A program made the position numbers and the translations under genes. From Ascoidea asiatica JCM 7603 (Eukaryota; Fungi; Ascomycota): DNA of 64,000 bases. A model generated the notes under the pieces. That model had not been told where the DNA came from and ran no database searches. It was given only the letters and a program-made list of their open reading frames with translations. Numbering within the stretch: the first letter of the stretch is position 1; every line of letters starts with the position of its first letter. The stretch is from NCBI GenBank assembly GCA_001600695.1, contig BCKQ01000006.1, forward strand, positions 549,937-613,936. Reading direction: 5' to 3'. Positions 56,075 through 64,000 of the stretch are shown piece after piece.

Positions 56075-57919
56075 ATGAGTTTCAGAGGAAATAGAAGTGG
56101 AAATAATAATTATAATAATAACTATAATCGAAATAATTACAATAACAATAACAATAACAATAATAATAATAATAATAATAATAATACACAGAATTCAGTT
56201 TTTGTAGAAATTAGAAATTGGACAAATTCAACAAAAGATGATTTAGTAAATTTTATTTCAAGAAAATGTAAAGTTTATTTACAAAATGTTATTGTTAATG
56301 GTGATATTATTAATGCTTCTGTTTCAAATAAAAATCAAGCTGATATTTTAAGAAGTTGGAATAATGTAAGATTTGCTAAAAAAGAATTACAATTCACTAT
56401 TCTAAATTCAAATATATCTAATAGTTCTAATAATTTACTTTTAAATAATAATATTCAAACAAATAAAAAAGATGCAATTCCATTATTAACTGATTTTTTA
56501 AAAAGAAGATTTGATATTAATACAAATTTCTTAAATCTTTCAAATATGTCAAGTGATCAATCTTTGATTGAAAATGGTTTATTCTCTTCAATCTCAACTT
56601 CTTCAAAATTTTTTCCTGCTTTAATGAAATTAGCTTCAATTAATCAAATTTTTAAAAATACTCAATCTATAGATTTATCAAATAATAATTTAAATGATTG
56701 TGATTCAATTACAACTCTTTCTCAAACTTTTCCATTAATTAAAAATTTATCTTTATCAAATAATAATTTTAAATATTCAAAAAATTTTGAAAAATTTAAA
56801 AATAAATTTAATAATTTAAAAATTTTATTATTATTAAATAATCCAATAATTCAATTTGAAAAAAATTATAAATTTAATTTATTAAAAATTTTTTCAAAAT
56901 TAATTATTTTAGATAATGAAACTATAAGAGATGAAGAAAAATTAAAAGAAATTTATTCATTTCCATTATTAAAAAAAAATTTATTCTTTGAAGATCAAAA
57001 TATACAATCTTTATCAACAAATTTTATTTCTAATTTTATTAATTTTTGGGATAATAATAGAAATAATTTAATGCCATTATATTCTGAACATTCTCAATTT
57101 TCTTTATCAATTGATTCAATTGCTTCTCATATTCAAAAATTAGATTCAAATTCTTCTTTTTCAAAAGATTTAAATAATCAACCTTGGGGTTATTATTTAC
57201 CAATTTCAAGAAATTTAACTTTAATAACTTCTGATCAAATTAAAGATTCAAGATTAGCAAAAGGTCAAGAAGAAATTTTAAAATTTTTTAAAAATATACC
57301 AAAATCAAAACATGATTTAATTAATAATCCAAATAAATATTCAATAGATTCTTGGAAAATAAATGAAAATGCAATTTCAATAATTCTTCATGGTGAATTT
57401 AATGAAATTCAACCTCCAGAAATTATAGCTCAAACTCCTATTTCTCAAAATAAAAGTCATCGTCGTTATCAAACTAATAATGTTTCAAATAAAAATTCTT
57501 TATCAACAAGATCTTTTGATAGAGCTTGGGTTATAGTTCCAGGTCCAAATGGTTCTTTATTAATTGCATCTGATTTATTATCTTTAAGACCATATTCTGG
57601 TTTTAAAGCTTTTGAAGAATTAAAAGAAGAAAATATTATTACTCAACCTATTATATCTACACCTTCAATTATAGGTAATAATAATAATAATATTAATAAT
57701 CCTCAAATAAATTCAAATCCATCAATAATTATTCCTCCAGAAGTTGCTTCTAAATTAACTCCATTACAACAAGAAGTTTTAATAAGATTAATGGCTGAAA
57801 CAAAATTAAATTTAAATTATGCTGGTAATTTAGGTGAAGCTAGTAATTGGAATTATAATGATGCACTTGCTGTTTTTACACAAAATAAACCTAATCTTCC
57901 TACTGATGCTTTTATATAA
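56075..57919 (+). CDS. MEX67: mRNA export factor Mex67 (NXF1)
   Basis: RRM-like region, LRR (SKFFPALMKLA, IDLSNNNL, LSLSNN), NTF2-like domain (YLPISRNL, RSFDRAWVIVPG, IASDLLSLRPYS), TAP-C tail (ETKLNLNY..SNWNY..LPTDAF). Confidence 0.95.
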   Translation: MSFRGNRSGNNNYNNNYNRNNYNNNNNNNNNNNNNNNTQNSVFVEIRNWTNSTKDDLVNFISRKCKVYLQNVIVNGDIINASVSNKNQADILRSWNNVRFAKKELQFTILNSNISNSSNNLLLNNNIQTNKKDAIPLLTDFLKRRFDINTNFLNLSNMSSDQSLIENGLFSSISTSSKFFPALMKLASINQIFKNTQSIDLSNNNLNDCDSITTLSQTFPLIKNLSLSNNNFKYSKNFEKFKNKFNNLKILLLLNNPIIQFEKNYKFNLLKIFSKLIILDNETIRDEEKLKEIYSFPLLKKNLFFEDQNIQSLSTNFISNFINFWDNNRNNLMPLYSEHSQFSLSIDSIASHIQKLDSNSSFSKDLNNQPWGYYLPISRNLTLITSDQIKDSRLAKGQEEILKFFKNIPKSKHDLINNPNKYSIDSWKINENAISIILHGEFNEIQPPEIIAQTPISQNKSHRRYQTNNVSNKNSLSTRSFDRAWVIVPGPNGSLLIASDLLSLRPYSGFKAFEELKEENIITQPIISTPSIIGNNNNNINNPQINSNPSIIIPPEVASKLTPLQQEVLIRLMAETKLNLNYAGNLGEASNWNYNDALAVFTQNKPNLPTDAFI

Positions 57920-58495
57920 TTCAAAAACCATTCTCAAAAGTTTATTTGCTTTTATTTCAATCCTTCATTTCAACCATTTTATAAACTTTTTATGTTTTTT
58001 CTTTGTTAAAATGTGATTTTTAATTATAAATAATGGATGTATAACAAAATTTTTTTTTTTCATGAATGAATATATTCTTCTATCTTAGAATACAGAATAA
58101 TATTCAAATTTTCAAAGCATCTTACAAAATTAAGTAAAAAGTATATAAATACATAAGTATATATTAAAAAAAATGTACCATCTAAACTAGTTATAAAAAA
58201 TTTAATCTCGTCTTTTTTTGTTTTTATTTACCACTCTCTGGTAACTTACACTAAAACCTATTGAAAACGTAAAGGAAGATTGTAAAATTCAAATCTATAA
58301 ATTTAAAGTGTGAAAGAATATTCAAAGAAGCTATAAGATATTATAATATATAAAAAGAGCTTTATCAAAATGAAATGAAAATAATTGACAAAAACTAAAA
58401 CTAAAACTACACCACGACAACAAAGGAAGAAAATACAAAGTGACAGAAGCAAAATGTGATAAAGAGCGAAAAAAAAACAGATTTAATTAAGTTAA

Positions 58496-61124
<2,629 letters not shown>

Positions 61125-61349
61125 TTATTTATTTATTTATCTATTTATTAATTAACTAATTGATTAATTAATTGATGGATTATAATATATTAATTTTCTT
61201 TTAAAATCTATTTTATGTTAATAATATAATAATTATATATTTATAATTATAAAATTTTAATAAAAAATAAAAATAAAAGTGGAAAACGCGCTGCTTTTAA
61301 ATTAAAAATATTTGTTAACGGTAAGAAAATTCGTTAAAATTTTAAATAA

Positions 61350-61502
61350 AAAAAAAAAAATTTTTTTTATTCTAATCACGGGATCAGAATAAAAAAAACA
61401 GTAAAAAAACAGTAAAAAAACAGAAAAAGAAAGAAAAAAAAGGAAAAGCGAGGCCGGGTAAGTAGCCGAAATAAGAAAATTTAAAATTCGAGATGAAATT
61501 TT
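61350..61502. promoter_or_regulatory. Ribosome-biogenesis-type promoter elements of DBP2
   Basis: AAAAATTTT (RRPE-like) near 61356, Reb1 CCGGGTAA at 61454-61461, GAGATGAAATTTT (PAC/RRPE-like) near 61490. Confidence 0.5.
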
Positions 61503-61628
61503 GTATGTGAAATGAATTAATTGATTAATTAAATAGATAGTGTATATAATATTATATTATATTATTAATATTGTAAGAGATGTGATACATATGTGAGGTA
61601 AGAGAGAAAATAAGAGGATAAATATAAA

Positions 61629-62150
61629 TTATTTTGAAATTTTAGATATAAAAGTTTCTTGAACATGATCACATAAATCTACTAAATCATCTAAACCTTT
61701 ATGTAAAGCATCAATTGCAGTTAAATTACCAAAAGTTTGAATTCTTATATTTAATTTTGGTTCAGAAGGATGTGGAATTGAATAACCACAAAATTCAACT
61801 TGTGGATTTTTCATAATTATATATCTTAATGGATTACCTAAAGTATGATCTTCATCTAAAATTTGAAAAGAAGCTGCAAAACCATCTTCAGTACTACCTG
61901 GAAGTAATTTTATTTTTTCATGATTGAGTTCTTCTTCTTCTTCTTCTTCATCGTCATCATCATCATCATCATCTTCTTCTTCTTCTTCGTCATTGTCTTC
62001 TTCTATTTCTTGATTTTTCGTTTGATCTTCGTTGATGTCTGGACTTAGTTTGCTTGGAGTTTCCGATGGAGAGTCAGACTGCTGCTGTTCAGTCATTGCA
62101 ACATCCGAATCTTCATCTTTGGATGTTATTATTGATTTATTACTAGACAT
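61629..62150 (-). CDS. RPC19: RNA polymerase I/III shared subunit AC19
   Basis: AASFQILDEDHTLGNPLRYIIMKNPQVEFCGYSIPHPSE; acidic N-terminal extension. Confidence 0.96.
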   Translation of the reverse strand: MSSNKSIITSKDEDSDVAMTEQQQSDSPSETPSKLSPDINEDQTKNQEIEEDNDEEEEEDDDDDDDDEEEEEEELNHEKIKLLPGSTEDGFAASFQILDEDHTLGNPLRYIIMKNPQVEFCGYSIPHPSEPKLNIRIQTFGNLTAIDALHKGLDDLVDLCDHVQETFISKISK

Positions 62151-62739
62151 TTGTATTAGCAGCTATTATTATACAGTGGACACTCAGCTCATCTACCATC
62201 TAGCACCTACCATTCAAGATAATTGGTTCTTCATCATCTTCACTCTCTCCCTGACATGCACCGAGAACAGACCAAATCCAAATCCAAATCCAAAACATGA
62301 AAACCATGAAAAATAAAATTAAAATTTGAATTCCTTCTACACGTGCCTCTCTGAGACCACCTGGGTGGCCCCTGTCCCTACTGAACAGAGTGGCAGTTGC
62401 TGTCTTGATGAGTACGTAATCAACGACGTAACGTAATAAACAAGAATATAAAATAGGATATCAACAGAATATATGAAATAGAATAAAGAATATTATTGTA
62501 TATCAAATAACTATCAAATAACTATCAAATATAAAATATAGAATATAAAATATAAAGTATGAAATAATATCCAATTCATAATCAATCATATATAATCCAA
62601 ACTGATTAATGTTCTTCAATATCTATTATTTATTCAAAAGTAATTGGTAAATGTTTTAATTCTATTCAATAATATCCTAATTACTCAATAATCAACGCTT
62701 AATATCAAATATCAAATAACAAATAACAAATAAATCAAA

Positions 62740-63302
62740 ATGACAGAAATTTTATCAACTTTAAAAGATATAGATTTCTCAGATAATGATAAAACAAATC
62801 AACTTATAGATCATTTATCTTTCAAAATTGATGAAATTAATAAAAATTTATCAAATTTAGATCAATCTCAAATCAATGATAATCAAAATGATATAGATAT
62901 AGATATAGATATAGATATGGATATGAATATGGATATGGATATGGATATGGATATAGATTCAAATTCAATACAATCTCTTAAACCAATTTCAAATCAAATA
63001 TCTAGAAAAATATCAAATAATAGTTTAAATTCCATCAATGATTCCAATTCCAATATTAATATTAATATTAATAACAATATTAATGATGAAACTTTTAATA
63101 AATATAAAATAATTTTATTTAATAAAATTTTATTCATAAATAATTTAATTAAAGAAACAAATTTAACAATTTTAAATAATTATTTTGAATTAGATTCAAT
63201 TTTTTATAATTTAAATAAATTAAATTTAAAAATCTTAGATTTTAAAGATTCAATATTAAATTATCAATTAATCTTACAAAATTCTAATTCTAATTCTAAT
63301 TC

Positions 63303-63360
<58 letters not shown>

Positions 63361-63516
63361 TCTACAAATAATTCTACAAATAATTCAATTATAGATTTTG
63401 ATATTGAAATTCCTGGAAGTTTCTTAGATGCATTTCCTTCAAAAAAATCAATAAATTCAATTAAAAAAGTTTTATCAAATTCAAATTTATTAATTCAACC
63501 TCCTCTAATATATTCA

Positions 63517-63554
<38 letters not shown>

Positions 63555-64000
63555 AATTGATAAACTTAATATAATTAATGATTTAAAATTTTTAAATATT
63601 TTAAATTTCTTTAATTCTTATTATAAAAAATTATCATTCTCTTCAAATAAAATTATATCTAAATTATTTAATAATTTTATAAATTTAAAAAATCAAATTC
63701 AAATCACTTTCTCAATTTATAATAATGATAATGATAATATATTAAATATTAATGATTTCTTATCAATTTTAAATCAAAATTTATTAAATAATAATAATAA
63801 TTTAACTACAAATAAAAATAATTTCTCAAATAATTTCTCAAATAATTTCTCAAATTATTTCATTAATTCTTTAAATTTATTCATAAAAAAAAATCATATA
63901 TTCATAAAAAATATTTCTAAAAATTTTAAAAATTTAAATAAAATTTATTTATTAAATTTTAATTTTAAAAATAATTCAAATAATTTAATTTTAAATTTAA
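62740..64000 (+). CDS. Partial Asn-rich uncharacterised protein (runs off the window end)
   Basis: ATG at 62740 (MTEILSTLKDIDFSDNDK...), appears open to 64000; contains (DI/DM)n and poly-Asn tracts. Confidence 0.7.

Overview
Very AT-rich, gene-dense nuclear DNA from a budding yeast (Saccharomycotina). It encodes a respiratory complex I subunit and a tRNA-Leu(AAG), so it is not Saccharomyces-like; a CUG-Ser yeast such as Ascoidea is my inference only. Most of the window is housekeeping genes: JJJ1 (partial), SMC2, SFH1, YMD8, PTC5, NDUFA13/GRIM-19, PHO13, FBP26, SEC65, ADO1, PIC2, RGI1, a DHA2 MFS transporter, a xanthine/uric acid permease, SSU72, a GXS1/HGT12-like sugar porter, YKT6, MEX67, DBP2 and RPC19. 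Features the ORF track misses: (1) a very compact U1 snRNA with no room for stem III, convergent with a snR30/U17 snoRNA; (2) two orphan ORFs (22902-25483) that splice into one 805-aa three-exon gene; (3) introns in FBP26 and DBP2, the latter with a second internal branchpoint and a G-U-containing hairpin; (4) a double-UPF0658-like membrane-protein gene split in frame by a 75-bp tandem insertion bounded by 21-bp direct repeats; (5) a secreted pepsin-like protein that has lost both catalytic motifs; (6) a 4.4-kb ORF-free interval with clustered RTCACRTG motifs. I recognised no transposon or CRISPR array. Family assignments are from remembered motifs, not database searches.
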